Shown piece by piece: positions 1 through 9,412 of a stretch of 64,000 nucleotides of DNA (the stretch's first letter is position 1; each line of letters starts with the position of its first letter). Below the pieces are notes generated by a model. That model saw only the letters and a list, made by a program, of their open reading frames with translations. It searched no databases and had not been told where the DNA came from. This DNA comes from an uncultured Planctomycetota bacterium (GTDB lineage Bacteria; Planctomycetota; Planctomycetia; Isosphaerales; Isosphaeraceae), in contig CAVTTN010000002.1 in assembly GCA_963737655.1 (NCBI GenBank), positions 7,360,001 through 7,424,000 of the forward strand, written 5' to 3'. A program made the translations under genes and the position numbers.

Positions 1-218
1 GTCTGGGCGAACAACATGGTGTCGGCGAGGTTGATCGTCGTGACGTGCTCGGCCGAGTTGGCCAGGGGGACGATCGAGGTCCAGTGCTTCTCCAGGCCGA
101 GGCGGCTCAGGCCGGTCCGCGACGGGATCAAGGAGCGGGACAGGGGGATCGACTGGGCGGTCGCGGGGACGCCGATCGCGGCGGTCGCGGCCAGGGCCAG
201 GGCTTGGCGACGGGTCAT
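1..218 (-). CDS. N-terminal part of a secreted protein, probably a PQQ-like beta-propeller (runs off the window edge)
   Basis: Reverse strand reads MTRRQALALAATAAIGVPATAQSIPLSRSLIPSRTGLSRLGLEKHWTSIVPL..., with a signal peptide and a GAAAGGA RBS upstream. Not in the ORF track because it is truncated. Confidence 0.6.
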   Translation of the reverse strand, partial: MTRRQALALAATAAIGVPATAQSIPLSRSLIPSRTGLSRLGLEKHWTSIVPLANSAEHVTTINLADTMLFAQ

Positions 219-338
219 CGGCCCGATCCTTTCCGAAATCCGGGCCGGAGGGCCCGCAGCTCCGGGGCCCGGTCCGGCCTCCGGGGGAGTGCTCGCGAAG
301 GGGATCACCCTTCATCCTTCCCGACGACCCCCGTCACG

Positions 339-1088
339 TCAAGTTTCCCGGGACGGCTCGGGCGACATTTCCGCCACCTCGGCGATCCGAGGGGTCTCGG
401 CCTGGCACTTCGGGCAGGCGTCCTCGACCCCGGTATACGGCCCCGCGCACCGGGGGCACAGGCCGGCGCTCCGGCGGAGCGTGGGCAGGGACGCCCGGAG
501 GCTCGCCCCCTCGGGAAGGTGGCCCAGGCTGTTGGAGACCCGGGCCGCCAGGTGGGCCACGTCGGGCCCGACGGTCCCGTGTCTCAACCGCTTCATCAGG
601 AGCGTCATGACCCACCGGCCGAGGTCGCGGTCCAGGTCGATCCGTTCGGCGGCCTCCATCAGCTCGGCCAGCTCGTCGCGGAAGGTCAGGGCCGCCTCAG
701 CGTCCCCGGCGGTCCTCGCCGCGTCGAGCCGACGCCTCTTGTCCTCGACGGCCACCCGCCGGGCGGCGGCGAGGTCTCCGCCGAGGCGGTCGGCCTCCGG
801 GGCCTCGGGATGATCGCTCCGAAGCTCCTCCAGGAGCCGGCCGGCTCCGGCCAGGTCGCCGTTCCTCATCGCCTCGCGGAAGCCGGCGATCGAGGCGGCC
901 AGGCCGGTCGGCGACGCCCCGCCGATCGGCCTGGCTTCCAGGGCCGCCGCGATCCGCTCCAGGGCCGGGGCGATTCGCGACTCGATCAGGTCGGACATCC
1001 GGGCGACCGAGGCATTCAGCGAGGCCAGCCGGTCCTCGCCGCCCGGGTCGTCGCCGCGGTCCTCGTCGAAGGGGTCGAACATGGGCAT
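339..1088 (-). CDS. hypothetical helical protein with C-terminal zinc ribbon
   Basis: Start re-chosen at MPMFDPF within ORF 339..1463. CPRC...CPKC motif near the C-terminus; TATAAT at 1129-1134 on the minus strand. Confidence 0.7.
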   Translation of the reverse strand: MPMFDPFDEDRGDDPGGEDRLASLNASVARMSDLIESRIAPALERIAAALEARPIGGASPTGLAASIAGFREAMRNGDLAGAGRLLEELRSDHPEAPEADRLGGDLAAARRVAVEDKRRRLDAARTAGDAEAALTFRDELAELMEAAERIDLDRDLGRWVMTLLMKRLRHGTVGPDVAHLAARVSNSLGHLPEGASLRASLPTLRRSAGLCPRCAGPYTGVEDACPKCQAETPRIAEVAEMSPEPSRET

Positions 1089-1217
1089 TTCGGGCCGGGC
1101 AGGAGGGGGCGAGAAGGACGACCCGATCATTATAGCCAGAGGCCGCCCGCCTTGCTCGTCGGGACGTGCCCAGGGACAATGAACCCAACCCTCCGCGCCA
1201 GGACCGAGGCCCCGAAA

Positions 1218-1886
1218 ATGAGCGTGGCGACCCGAAAATCCCCTCCGATCCCCCCGCCGCGGACCGTGGCCGACCTGCTGAAGCGCCTCGGGGTGCCGGC
1301 CTCTCGGATCCTGCTCGACCCGGCGCCGGGGACGGCGACCGAGGCCGACGTGATCCGGATCCGGGACACCCAGGATCGCCTCTGCGAGCTCGTCGAGGGC
1401 GTTCTGGTGGAGAAGGCGATGGGCTACGAGGAGTCGGAGTTGGCGGTCCTGCTCATCTACCACCTGGTCGCGTATCTGCGAGGGAATCGCCGGGGGAAGG
1501 TCGCGGGTGCCGACGCCGCGACCCGCCTCTTTCCCGGCCTGATCCGCGTCCCCGACGTCGCCTTCTCATCCTGGGAACGTCGGCCGAAGGGCAAGTTGGA
1601 GCCGATCCCCTCCCTCGTCCCGGACCTGGCGGTGGAGATCCTCAGCCCGAGCAATCGGGCGGCCGAGATGAAGCGGAAGCTCGCCGAGTATCGCAAGGCC
1701 GGCGTTCGATTGATCTGGTACGTGGACCCCCGCAAGAAGACCGCGACGATCTTTCCCGGCGAGGGCAAGCCGGAGATCCTGACCGAAGACGGCTGGCTCG
1801 ACGGCGGCGACGTCCTCCCCGGGTTCCGCCTGTCCTTGAGGCAACTTTTCGCCGAAGCCGAGGAGGGACGGCCCGAGACGGAATGA
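1218..1886 (+). CDS. Uma2 family (putative restriction endonuclease-like) protein, copy 1
   Basis: Motifs CELVEGVLVEKAMG, RVPDVAF, PDLAVEILSPSN, EYRKAGVRLIWYVDP, LDGGDVLPGF. Confidence 0.92.
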   Translation: MSVATRKSPPIPPPRTVADLLKRLGVPASRILLDPAPGTATEADVIRIRDTQDRLCELVEGVLVEKAMGYEESELAVLLIYHLVAYLRGNRRGKVAGADAATRLFPGLIRVPDVAFSSWERRPKGKLEPIPSLVPDLAVEILSPSNRAAEMKRKLAEYRKAGVRLIWYVDPRKKTATIFPGEGKPEILTEDGWLDGGDVLPGFRLSLRQLFAEAEEGRPETE

Positions 1887-2116
1887 AGAGGTCCGAACCG
1901 CCCGAAGAAGGCCCACGATGGTTGAGGAACCCCTCGCATGACTGTCGCGACCCGAAAATCCCCTCCGATCCCCCCGCCGCGGACCGTGGCCGACCTGCTG
2001 AAGCGCCTCGGGGTGCCGGCCTCTCGGATCCTGCTCGACCCGGCGCCGGGGACGGCGACCGAGGCCGACGTGATCCGGATCCGGGACACCCAGGATCGCC
2101 TCTGCGAGCTCGTCGA
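1227..2116 (+). repeat. 170-bp perfect direct repeat (1227-1396 = 1947-2116), offset 720 bp
   Basis: Base-by-base identity between the 5' parts of the two Uma2 genes. Confidence 0.95.
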
Positions 2117-2612
2117 AGGCGTCTTGGTGGAGAAGGCGATGGGATTCGACGAGGCGAGATTGGCCTTCTTGATCGGTCAATGGATCGGCAATCATATCGA
2201 CGCCCTGGATCTCGGGATCGTGGTCGGGGCCGATGGCGCGGTCCGGCTGTTTCCTGGCCTGCTGCGCGTCCCGGACGTCGCCTTCGTCTCGTGGGATCGC
2301 TATGGACGGGTGGTCAACCCCGACGAGCCCTTGCCTGATCTCGCCCCGGATCTGGTCGTGGAGGTGCTGAGCCGGAGCAACACGGCCGCCGAGATGAGGC
2401 GGAAACTCGCCGAGTGCCGCGATTCGGGCGTCGGGCTGATCTGGAATGTCGACCCTCGCAAGAAGAAGGCGACCGTTCACGCCGGGATGGCCCGCGCGGT
2501 CGTCCTGACCGAGTCCGATTCGCTCGACGGCGGCGACGTCTTGCCGGGTCTGCGAATCCCCCTGGGCGAGTTGTTCGCGAAGGCCGCTCAGCGAGGGCCT
2601 CGGGGGGCGTAG
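1938..2612 (+). CDS. Uma2 family protein, copy 2
   Basis: Motifs RVPDVAFVSW, PDLVVEVLSRSN, LDGGDVLPGL. Confidence 0.92.
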   Translation: MTVATRKSPPIPPPRTVADLLKRLGVPASRILLDPAPGTATEADVIRIRDTQDRLCELVEGVLVEKAMGFDEARLAFLIGQWIGNHIDALDLGIVVGADGAVRLFPGLLRVPDVAFVSWDRYGRVVNPDEPLPDLAPDLVVEVLSRSNTAAEMRRKLAECRDSGVGLIWNVDPRKKKATVHAGMARAVVLTESDSLDGGDVLPGLRIPLGELFAKAAQRGPRGA

Positions 2613-2624
2613 CCCCGCCAAACG

Positions 2625-2669
2625 ACCGAACGCCGCCGGGCCCAGTCTTCGGGCCCGGCGGCGTTCGGT
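2625..2669. terminator. 19-bp-stem hairpin between convergent Uma2 and rimI genes
   Basis: ACCGAACGCCGCCGGGCCC-agtcttc-GGGCCCGGCGGCGTTCGGT. Confidence 0.65.
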
Positions 2670-2708
2670 TCCAATCCGCTGTCGTCGGGGATCGACGGCC
2701 TCCCTCGC

Positions 2709-3245
2709 TCAGCCTTCGAGCTGGCGGGCGATCCGGTTGACGGGCAGGGCGGCCATCTCGTCGAGGATCGACTCGTCGTAGAGATATTGCATCACGTAGG
2801 CGTCTTCGCCCGTGTCTTCGTAGAATTCGCGGGCCACTCCCGAGGCGCGGAAGCCCTCGACCCGGAAGAAGAGCTGCGCGGACAGGGCCGTCTCCCGGCA
2901 ATTCAGGACGATGCGGGTCCGTCGGTGGCTGGAGAGCTTGCCGACGAGCTTGGCGACCATCTGATGACCGACGCCCTGACGGCGGACGTCCGGCGAGACG
3001 GCGAAGTTCAGGACCTGGAGCTTGCTCTTGTGCAGCTCGTAGATCATGAAGCCGACGACCCGCTCCCCCTGCTCGGCGACCATGCCGATGCAGTTCCTCT
3101 GGCGGAGGACCCGGAGGAATTCCTCCTCGCACCAGGGATGCTCGAATCCGGAGTGCTCGATCGCCAGGACCTCGGGCATGTCGCGGCGGATCATCCAGCG
3201 GATATGGACCCGGACCTGGGCCTTCGGGGTCGGGACCGTGCTCAT
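2709..3245 (-). CDS. rimI: ribosomal protein S18-alanine N-acetyltransferase (GNAT)
   Basis: IRWMIRRDMPEVLAIE, VLNFAVSPDVRRQGVG and FYEDTGEDAYVM motifs; GGAAGGAGG RBS before MSTVPTP. Confidence 0.88.
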   Translation of the reverse strand: MSTVPTPKAQVRVHIRWMIRRDMPEVLAIEHSGFEHPWCEEEFLRVLRQRNCIGMVAEQGERVVGFMIYELHKSKLQVLNFAVSPDVRRQGVGHQMVAKLVGKLSSHRRTRIVLNCRETALSAQLFFRVEGFRASGVAREFYEDTGEDAYVMQYLYDESILDEMAALPVNRIARQLEG

Positions 3246-3458
3246 CGAGCCTCCTTCCATGGACTGGGGACGGCGGCCCTCGGGCCGAGGCATTCCGCCT
3301 GGCCTGGCCTGGACCCGGGCCGTCATTGCGGACCCGCGGCGCCGATGCGGTCTCGACCGGAGCGAGCGGGAGCCTCTCGGGGCGGACGGAAACTCGTCGC
3401 CCCGATCGGCCGATCTGGCCGGCGCCCCTTCCTGGGACGCCTCCCCCGAGGCGGGCGG

Positions 3459-3487
3459 ATTCTAGCGAACCCCCCACCCGATGCCAA
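3459..3487 (-). promoter_or_regulatory. sigma70-type promoter upstream of rimI
   Basis: Minus strand TTGGCA-17 nt-TAGAAT. Confidence 0.55.
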
Positions 3488-3717
3488 GCCCGCTTCGACG
3501 CCCGGATGACACCGGCGACAGCCCTCGTTATCGGCGCTTCCAGGTGACGATCGTGAGGAATGCGCCGATTGATTCGCAAGGACCGGCGGGGATGACGGCG
3601 CCCCGAGGCCGAACCGACGAAGCCATCGACGAACCCGCCTCACCCCTCGGTGGGAAGCCGAGGGCCGGGATCGGAGGCTGACCGGAACGCGTCGTCGCCG
3701 AGCGGAGGGCCGCCGAA

Positions 3718-3740
3718 GGCCCGACTTCAGTCGGCTCTAC
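3718..3740 (-). repeat. single REP-like copy, family C
   Basis: Reverse complement GTAGAGCCGACTGAAGTCGGGCC matches the repeats at 31492-31559. Confidence 0.65.
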
Positions 3741-3814
3741 GGTGTCCGACGGCGGTTCTGGCGCGACTTTCGTTGGGAAGTGACGGCTGACTTCCGAACG
3801 GGCCTCTGCGCCCC

Positions 3815-3871
3815 TCGTAGGGCAGGCCTCGGCCTGCCGAGACCGACGGCAGGCCGAGGCCTGCCCTACGA
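3815..3871. repeat. REP-like inverted doublet, family B (GTAGGGCAGGCCTCGGCCTGCC)
   Basis: 25-bp perfect inverted arms TCGTAGGGCAGGCCTCGGCCTGCCG / CGGCAGGCCGAGGCCTGCCCTACGA; each arm is itself palindromic. Confidence 0.85.
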
Positions 3872-3905
3872 ATTGTCAACCATCACGGTCGATCGCAAAC
3901 CGCAC

Positions 3906-4091
3906 TCAGGCCATCCCGGACCGGCGTTCCGTCGTCCCGGTCCGTCCGACCTCCCCGGCCATCGGGGGGGCGTTCCGCCGGAAGACGCGGATCGCGATCG
4001 CCGCCACGAGGCCGATGCCCAGGCCGATGACGATGGCGCCGACGACGCCCCCGGGCGCCCTGGCCAGGAGGATCTCGGCCCTGACGATCAT
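3906..4091 (-). CDS. small single-pass membrane protein (61 aa)
   Basis: Hydrophobic stretch VVGAIVIGLGIGLVAAIAI followed by RVFRR; GAGGGGG RBS. Confidence 0.5.
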   Translation of the reverse strand: MIVRAEILLARAPGGVVGAIVIGLGIGLVAAIAIRVFRRNAPPMAGEVGRTGTTERRSGMA

Positions 4092-4130
4092 CCCGGCCCC
4101 CTCGATGTCAGGGCGCCCTTCGAGGCCGAA

Positions 4131-4161
4131 GAAAAACGAACAGGGGGCGGCGGGCCCCCTG
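4131..4161 (-). terminator. intrinsic terminator after the DUF1571 gene
   Basis: Minus strand CAGGGGGC-ccgcc-GCCCCCTG followed by TTCGTTTTTC. Confidence 0.7.
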
Positions 4162-4190
4162 GGCAGACGACGAACCGCCCCGGGCCGCGA

Positions 4191-5082
4191 TCAGAACCGG
4201 CCGAAGGAGTAGCCCTTGTTCGCCGGGTCGAAGTCGCGATCGGTCAGCCCGACGTTGACCTTCAGCTTCGTATACGTGTATTCCTCGACGAGCACCGGCT
4301 CCGCCCCGTTGACCGGCCAATCGTAGGCCTCGAAGCGGATCGGCAGGTCGTGCTCCTTGTCGATGTAGACCTTGACCATGTGGAAGAGGAAATCGTCGCG
4401 TTTCCTCGGGTGGATCGACTCGATCATGAGGCAGGAGCGATCGCCCACCCGGGAGTCGGGGTAGAAGATCACCCGGGAGTCGGCCGGCGAGAGTTCCTTG
4501 TCCCAGGCCGTGGCGATGGTCTCGATCAGGTGGCCGATCCCGGCCTCGGTCACCGGATGGCGGCAGTCTTCCATCGCCGTATCGCCCAGGGGGTCGAGCT
4601 TCATCGTCCCGGCCAGGAGCTTGCCGAGTCCCACGTCATGGACCACGGCCTTGCCGCCGTGCTTGCCGGCGACGTAAATGGCCTCTCGTCCGGCGTTCGG
4701 GCGGTTGAACTTGAAGTAGACGCTCATCGGCCGGGTCCGGGCCTTCATGTGCATGACGAACTGGCCCGTCATCTTGCCGTCGATCCGCTCCCTCTTGAAG
4801 AAGGTGCACGTATAATCATCGACCTTGGCATAGGTCCGCCGGCACGAGCCGATCAGGGCCTTGGCGCGGACGATGGGGTCGTTGGGATCGGGCGGGGCGG
4901 GGCGGGCGACCTCTCTCGGCCGGGTCTCGGAGGCGGCGGAGGCCAGGCGGGGCGGGTCGGCGTCTCCCCCGGCACACGCCATCAGGGCGCCCGAGCGCCC
5001 CCAGGGCCGAGGCGACGGTCGCCAGTCGGACGAACCGGGCGAGGAGAAGGGGCCGGGCGATTTCTCGAACGGGCGCGTCCAT
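4191..5082 (-). CDS. DUF1571 domain protein (probable frameshift near 4990)
   Basis: DYTCTFFKRERIDG, GREAIYVAG, HPVTEAGIGHLI, LVEEYTY and DFDPANKGYSF motifs. The N-terminus MDAPVREIARPLLL..., with a GGAAGGA RBS, lies in another frame. Confidence 0.8.
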
Positions 5083-5370
5083 GGCGATCCTTCCCCCGGC
5101 GAGGTTCCGGGCGGATAGGGTTCGATTCGAAGTGGGGGGCAACGGCGCCGCTCTTGCGTGATCGGGGCCGCCGCGAATAACGTACCATGCAACTGTCGAG
5201 CCAGCCGCGTTTCGGCCGGTTTCGGGGCGATTCCGTCGCGACGGGACCGGGACTTTGTCGTTTTTCCCAGAGCCGTCGCCACGTTCTTACAATCGGACCG
5301 GACGGAGCGTTCGGCGCGGCAATCTTTACAAGGGCGAGCCTGGCGGCCGTCCCCGAGGAGCTTTCTCCCC

Positions 5371-6048
5371 ATGAGCCTCACGAGTTACGGCGTCGAGACC
5401 GTCGTCTCGGCCCCCCTGGAACAGAACGCGTTCATCGTCTGGCGGAGGGACTCGACCGAGGCCGTGGTGGTCGATCCGGGGTTCGACGTGGGCGCGATCC
5501 TCGGCACGCTCGTCCGCCACTCGCTGCGGGTCGTCGCGATCCTGAACACCCACGGCCATTACGACCACATCGCCGGCAATGCCCGGCTCAAGCAGGTGGT
5601 GCCCAAGGCCCCCCTGATCATCGGCAAGAACGAGGCGTCCCTCCTGGGCGATCCGGCGGCGAACCTCAGCGCCCCGTTCGGCCTGCCCCAGACCAGCCCG
5701 GCGGCCGACCGCCTGGTCGAGGACGGCGAGAGGCTCCAGGTCGCCGGCTTCTCGTTCCTGGTCCGGGAGATCCCCGGCCACAGCCCCGGCTCGGTCGTCT
5801 TCATCGCCGACGGCGAGGCCCCGCCGTTCGTCCTGGGCGGAGACGTCCTGTTCGCCGGGTCGGTCGGCCGGGTCGATTTCCCGGGCGGAAGCGGCGCGAC
5901 CCTGCTCCGCGGCATCCGAACGAAACTCCTGACCCTCCCCCAGGAGACGATCGTCTTCCCCGGCCACGGACCGGCCACCACGATTGGCGAGGAAATGCGA
6001 ACCAATCCGTTCCTCTCCGGCGGACCGGGCCGGATAAACCTGGAGTGA
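5371..6048 (+). CDS. MBL-fold metallo-hydrolase (glyoxalase II-like)
   Basis: THGHYDHIAG, PGHSPG, GDVLF and PGHG motifs; GAGGAG RBS. Confidence 0.92.
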   Translation: MSLTSYGVETVVSAPLEQNAFIVWRRDSTEAVVVDPGFDVGAILGTLVRHSLRVVAILNTHGHYDHIAGNARLKQVVPKAPLIIGKNEASLLGDPAANLSAPFGLPQTSPAADRLVEDGERLQVAGFSFLVREIPGHSPGSVVFIADGEAPPFVLGGDVLFAGSVGRVDFPGGSGATLLRGIRTKLLTLPQETIVFPGHGPATTIGEEMRTNPFLSGGPGRINLE

Positions 6049-6190
6049 CCGTCCCGAGCGGGTCGGCCGGATGAAATATCCGCATAATCGTTACAGGCGA
6101 CGCGCCGGATGGCCGATCAAGGAAAGCGAGTGCCGGAATCCAGATGGCGTAGTCATGGCCGATCGCCGGCATCGGATGGGGGGATGTCCG

Positions 6191-7864
6191 ATGAAATTGA
6201 CGACGAGGCGGACCGCCGTGCCATGGTTGGCCGCAGTCCTGGCTCTGACGGGAGGGGTGGGCGTCTCCTGGGCGCAAGAGCCCGGGGCCACGCCTCCCGG
6301 AGGCCTTCCCCCGGTGCCCGACGCCGCCGCGCCTCCGGCCGCGCCCGCCCCGATGGTCGTGGCGCCTCCGGGCTCGCGGGAAGCCCAGCTGGAAGATCGG
6401 GTCCGGCAACTGGAAACGATGGTCCAGCAGCTTTCGACCCGCGTCAATGCGCCGGCGACGCCCGCCGCGCCGGGAGCGGCGGCCGGGGGCAACGCGACGA
6501 CGCCCGGACTGGCCGTGCGCCGGCCGCCACCAACAACCCGCCGGAAGTCACCGGCGCCGCCGGCAACACCGGGGCGATCCGGGGCGGGGCGGCCAGCCCT
6601 CCGCCGGCCGGGCCGCCGCCGACCGCCCGGTTCAACATGCCGGCGCCGGCCCCGAACCTCCCGATGAAGGCCAAGTTCGGGCCCGGATTCGCGTTCTCCA
6701 CCGAGGACGACGAGTACCAGTTCCAGTTCCACGACCTCACCCAGCTCGACTATCGCGGCTACACCCAGGGCGGGCAAAATCCGGTCCACGACACCTTCGT
6801 CATGCCCCGGCAGTGGTGGATCTTCTCCGGCCGACTGACCAAGCCCTTCGAGTACTTCCTCGTCCCGCAGTTCTCCGCAGACACCGTCAATTTGCTCGAC
6901 GCGTTCCTGAACATCCACTACGACGACCGGCTCCAGTTCAAGATCGGCCGCTACAAGACGCCCTTCACCTATGAGTTCTACAACGGCCCGATCAACGGCC
7001 TGATCAACCCCGAGCGGTCGTTGTTCTTCAACAACTTCGCCCTGAATCGCCAGTTGGGGATCATGGCCTGGGGCCAGCTCTTCCAGAAGCGGCTGGACTA
7101 CGCCGCCGGCATCTTCAACGGGGCCCGCAACGGCTACGTGAATACCAGCGACGCCGCGGCCATGGCCGCGTTCGTCAACTGGCGGCCGTTCGGCGACGAA
7201 GAGAACACGCTCCTGGAGAACTTCAACATCGGGGCCTCGGTCTACGCCGGCAGCGAGATCAACGCGCCCCTGCCGGCCGTCTTGAGGACCAACGTGGCCA
7301 CCTCCGGCAACACGGTCGTCGGCCCGGCCTTCCTGGCCTTCAACGCCAACGCGCGGGAGTCCGGCCCCCGGGCATTCTGGTCGCCCCACGTCGCCTGGTA
7401 TTACAACCACCTCTCGCTGATCGGCGAGTACCAGGCGGGCTATCAGGATTACGCGATGGCGTCCTCGCTGAACAACCGGACCCGCGTCGGCGTCCAGGGC
7501 TTCTACGGCCAGGCCGGCTACTTCCTCACGGGCGAGACCGTCTCGGGCCGAGGCCAGGTCAAGCCCCTCCATCCCTTCGACATCCGCAAGGGCAAGCACG
7601 GAACCGGGGCCATCGAGACTCGCCGGCCGGTACAGCTACCTCGACCTCGGCAATCAGGTCTTCACCGCCGGCCTCGCCGATCCGAACAACTGGAGCAACC
7701 GGGTCTACCTGATCGATGCCGGCGTGAACTGGTACTTGACCCAGTACGTCAAGATCTACGTCGGCTGGCAGCACGCCGAATTCGGCGACCCGGTCCTCTA
7801 CGCACCCGGCAAGCGGCAGCTCACCAACGACATGCTCTGGGCCCGATTCCAGATCTACTTCTGA
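6191..7864 (+). CDS. OprO/OprP-family phosphate-selective porin (frameshifts near 6520 and 7618)
   Basis: Signal peptide and coiled coil in ORF 6071; LLDAFLNIHYD, KIGRYKTPF and GYFLTGE in ORF 6109; a further shift restores ...GVNWYLTQYVKIY...WARFQIYF-stop with a terminal Phe. Confidence 0.8.
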
Positions 7865-8103
7865 CCCGGGGAGGCCCACCGCGGCGGACACTCGCCCCGC
7901 GACGATCGACCGGCCCGGCGATCCCCCCTCGCCCGGCTCGCGATCGTCGCGGGGCGGCGTCGCGCCCCGGCCGAGAATTCGCCGAGCCCTCGGGGCCAGA
8001 GGGTTGCGAACCCCGACCCGATCCGCGACCATCGCCGTCCTGGCGAGGGACCCGCAATGCGGCCGGTCTCTCGAACCCGCGAGACCTCCCGGAGACGGGC
8101 ATC

Positions 8104-8742
8104 ATGAACACGACACACCGAGGGTCGGACCGCCGACCGGCCTGGACCCGCCGCCAGGTGGCCGCCGCCTGCCTCGCCTGCGCGGCGGCGGGCGCCCTGC
8201 TCTCCGAAACCTGGAAGCATCCCGCCGCGGTCGCCGACACCCCCGCGCACGCCCCGGCCGCCGCGAGCGTGAAGGCCCCGGTCGAGGAAGTCCTCCACTG
8301 CGCCCTGGCCTTCGCCGGGGTCCACCTCCAGAAGGACCTCCCCGAGCGATCGGCCGTCGCCTACCACTACTGCAAGCCCGTCAACGACGACGTCGCCCAG
8401 TGCCTCCTCTACGACGGCAAGGGGCCCGACGCGAAGCTGATCGGCGTCGAGTACCTCGTCAGCGATGCCCTGTTCCGGAAGCTCCCGGAGGACGAGAAGT
8501 CCTACTGGCACGACCACGAATTCGAGGTCGATTCCGGCCTGATCCGCAGCCTCACGCAGTCCGGGGCCGACGAGAAGGCCACCCTGGCCAAGGTGCGGAC
8601 CCTCCACGGCAAGATCTTCCACACCTGGAGCTCGGGCAAGGACTACCCCCGAGGCCCCGCCCGGGTCTTCTGGGCCGTCACCGGGAAAGACCCCTTCACC
8701 CTCCCCGACGACGTCAAGCTGCCGCCCGAGATCAAGAAGTAA
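8104..8742 (+). CDS. DUF1264 / OBAP-family protein, secreted
   Basis: AYHYC, QCLLYDG, LIGVEYLVS, EKSYWHDHEFEV and GKIFHTW motifs. Merged with the porin in the ORF track only because of the frameshift. Confidence 0.82.
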   Translation: MNTTHRGSDRRPAWTRRQVAAACLACAAAGALLSETWKHPAAVADTPAHAPAAASVKAPVEEVLHCALAFAGVHLQKDLPERSAVAYHYCKPVNDDVAQCLLYDGKGPDAKLIGVEYLVSDALFRKLPEDEKSYWHDHEFEVDSGLIRSLTQSGADEKATLAKVRTLHGKIFHTWSSGKDYPRGPARVFWAVTGKDPFTLPDDVKLPPEIKK

Positions 8743-8759
8743 CGGAAGCCCACACCCCT

Positions 8760-8842
8760 GTCGGTTGCATGAAAGGCACCAATCCGTCACGGTTGCGGAC
8801 TTCGCCCGCGTTCGTCGGATTGGTGCCTTTCATGCACCCGAC
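8760..8842. repeat. REP-like inverted doublet, family A variant
   Basis: GTCGGTTGCATGAAAGGCACCAATCCG ... CGGATTGGTGCCTTTCATGCACCCGAC. Confidence 0.85.
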
Positions 8843-9330
8843 TGGTGAATCCAGTCATAGAACGCGCGGTCGTGGAACAGCCCCGACGGGCCGGCGTCGG
8901 GGCAGAACCAGGCGTGATGGGCGTTGTACTGGAACGAATTCGGGACGATTTGCCCCGAGTCGTCCACGGCGAACGCCCCGACCACGTCCGACGGCGGAGG
9001 GTCTTGCTCCGGGTCGGTGGCGTTCCTCGGATCGACGATGTAGAGCCATTTCCCGGGGATCGTCCGCGCGTGCTCGATGACCTTCCCGGACCGGCTCGGG
9101 TCGCCGTTCATGTACTCGACGAACGCCGCGATGAACCCCTCGTGGGGCTCGAACGACTCGACGTCGAACTCCCCCGGCGACGGCGCCTCGAACTCGCCGA
9201 CGATCGCCCGGTCGTCGATCCCCTCGGCCCCGGCCCGGACCGGCTCGACGAAGCCGACGAAGTTCTTGACGCCCTCCTCGGTCTCGACCTCGAAGATCGT
9301 CAGCAGCGGCAAGGCGTCATCGTCGGACAT
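8830..9330 (-). CDS. conserved hypothetical protein
   Basis: 166-aa acidic globular ORF with typical codon usage; extended -10 (TGcTATACT) at 9379-9387. Confidence 0.75.
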   Translation of the reverse strand: MSDDDALPLLTIFEVETEEGVKNFVGFVEPVRAGAEGIDDRAIVGEFEAPSPGEFDVESFEPHEGFIAAFVEYMNGDPSRSGKVIEHARTIPGKWLYIVDPRNATDPEQDPPPSDVVGAFAVDDSGQIVPNSFQYNAHHAWFCPDAGPSGLFHDRAFYDWIHQSGA

Positions 9331-9412
9331 CGCGGGGGACCTCAAAGCGAAGCGAAGACCGGGCCGGTTCGGTCCCCCAGTATAGCAAACGCCGGCCCGG
9401 AACCCGGCCGAT

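Noticed and set aside
1218..2612. Diversity-generating retroelement (TR/VR pair) as an explanation of the Uma2 repeat
   Set aside because: The repeat is at the 5' ends and identical, with no adenine-specific mismatches, and there is no reverse transcriptase in the window.
5110..5135. GGTTCGATTC resembling a tRNA T-loop
   Set aside because: No T-stem, acceptor stem or cloverleaf can be formed around it.
6109..8742. Apparent 877-aa porin-DUF1264 fusion in the ORF track
   Set aside because: A frameshift near 7618 bypasses the true porin end (..QIYF stop at 7864); DUF1264 has its own start and signal peptide.
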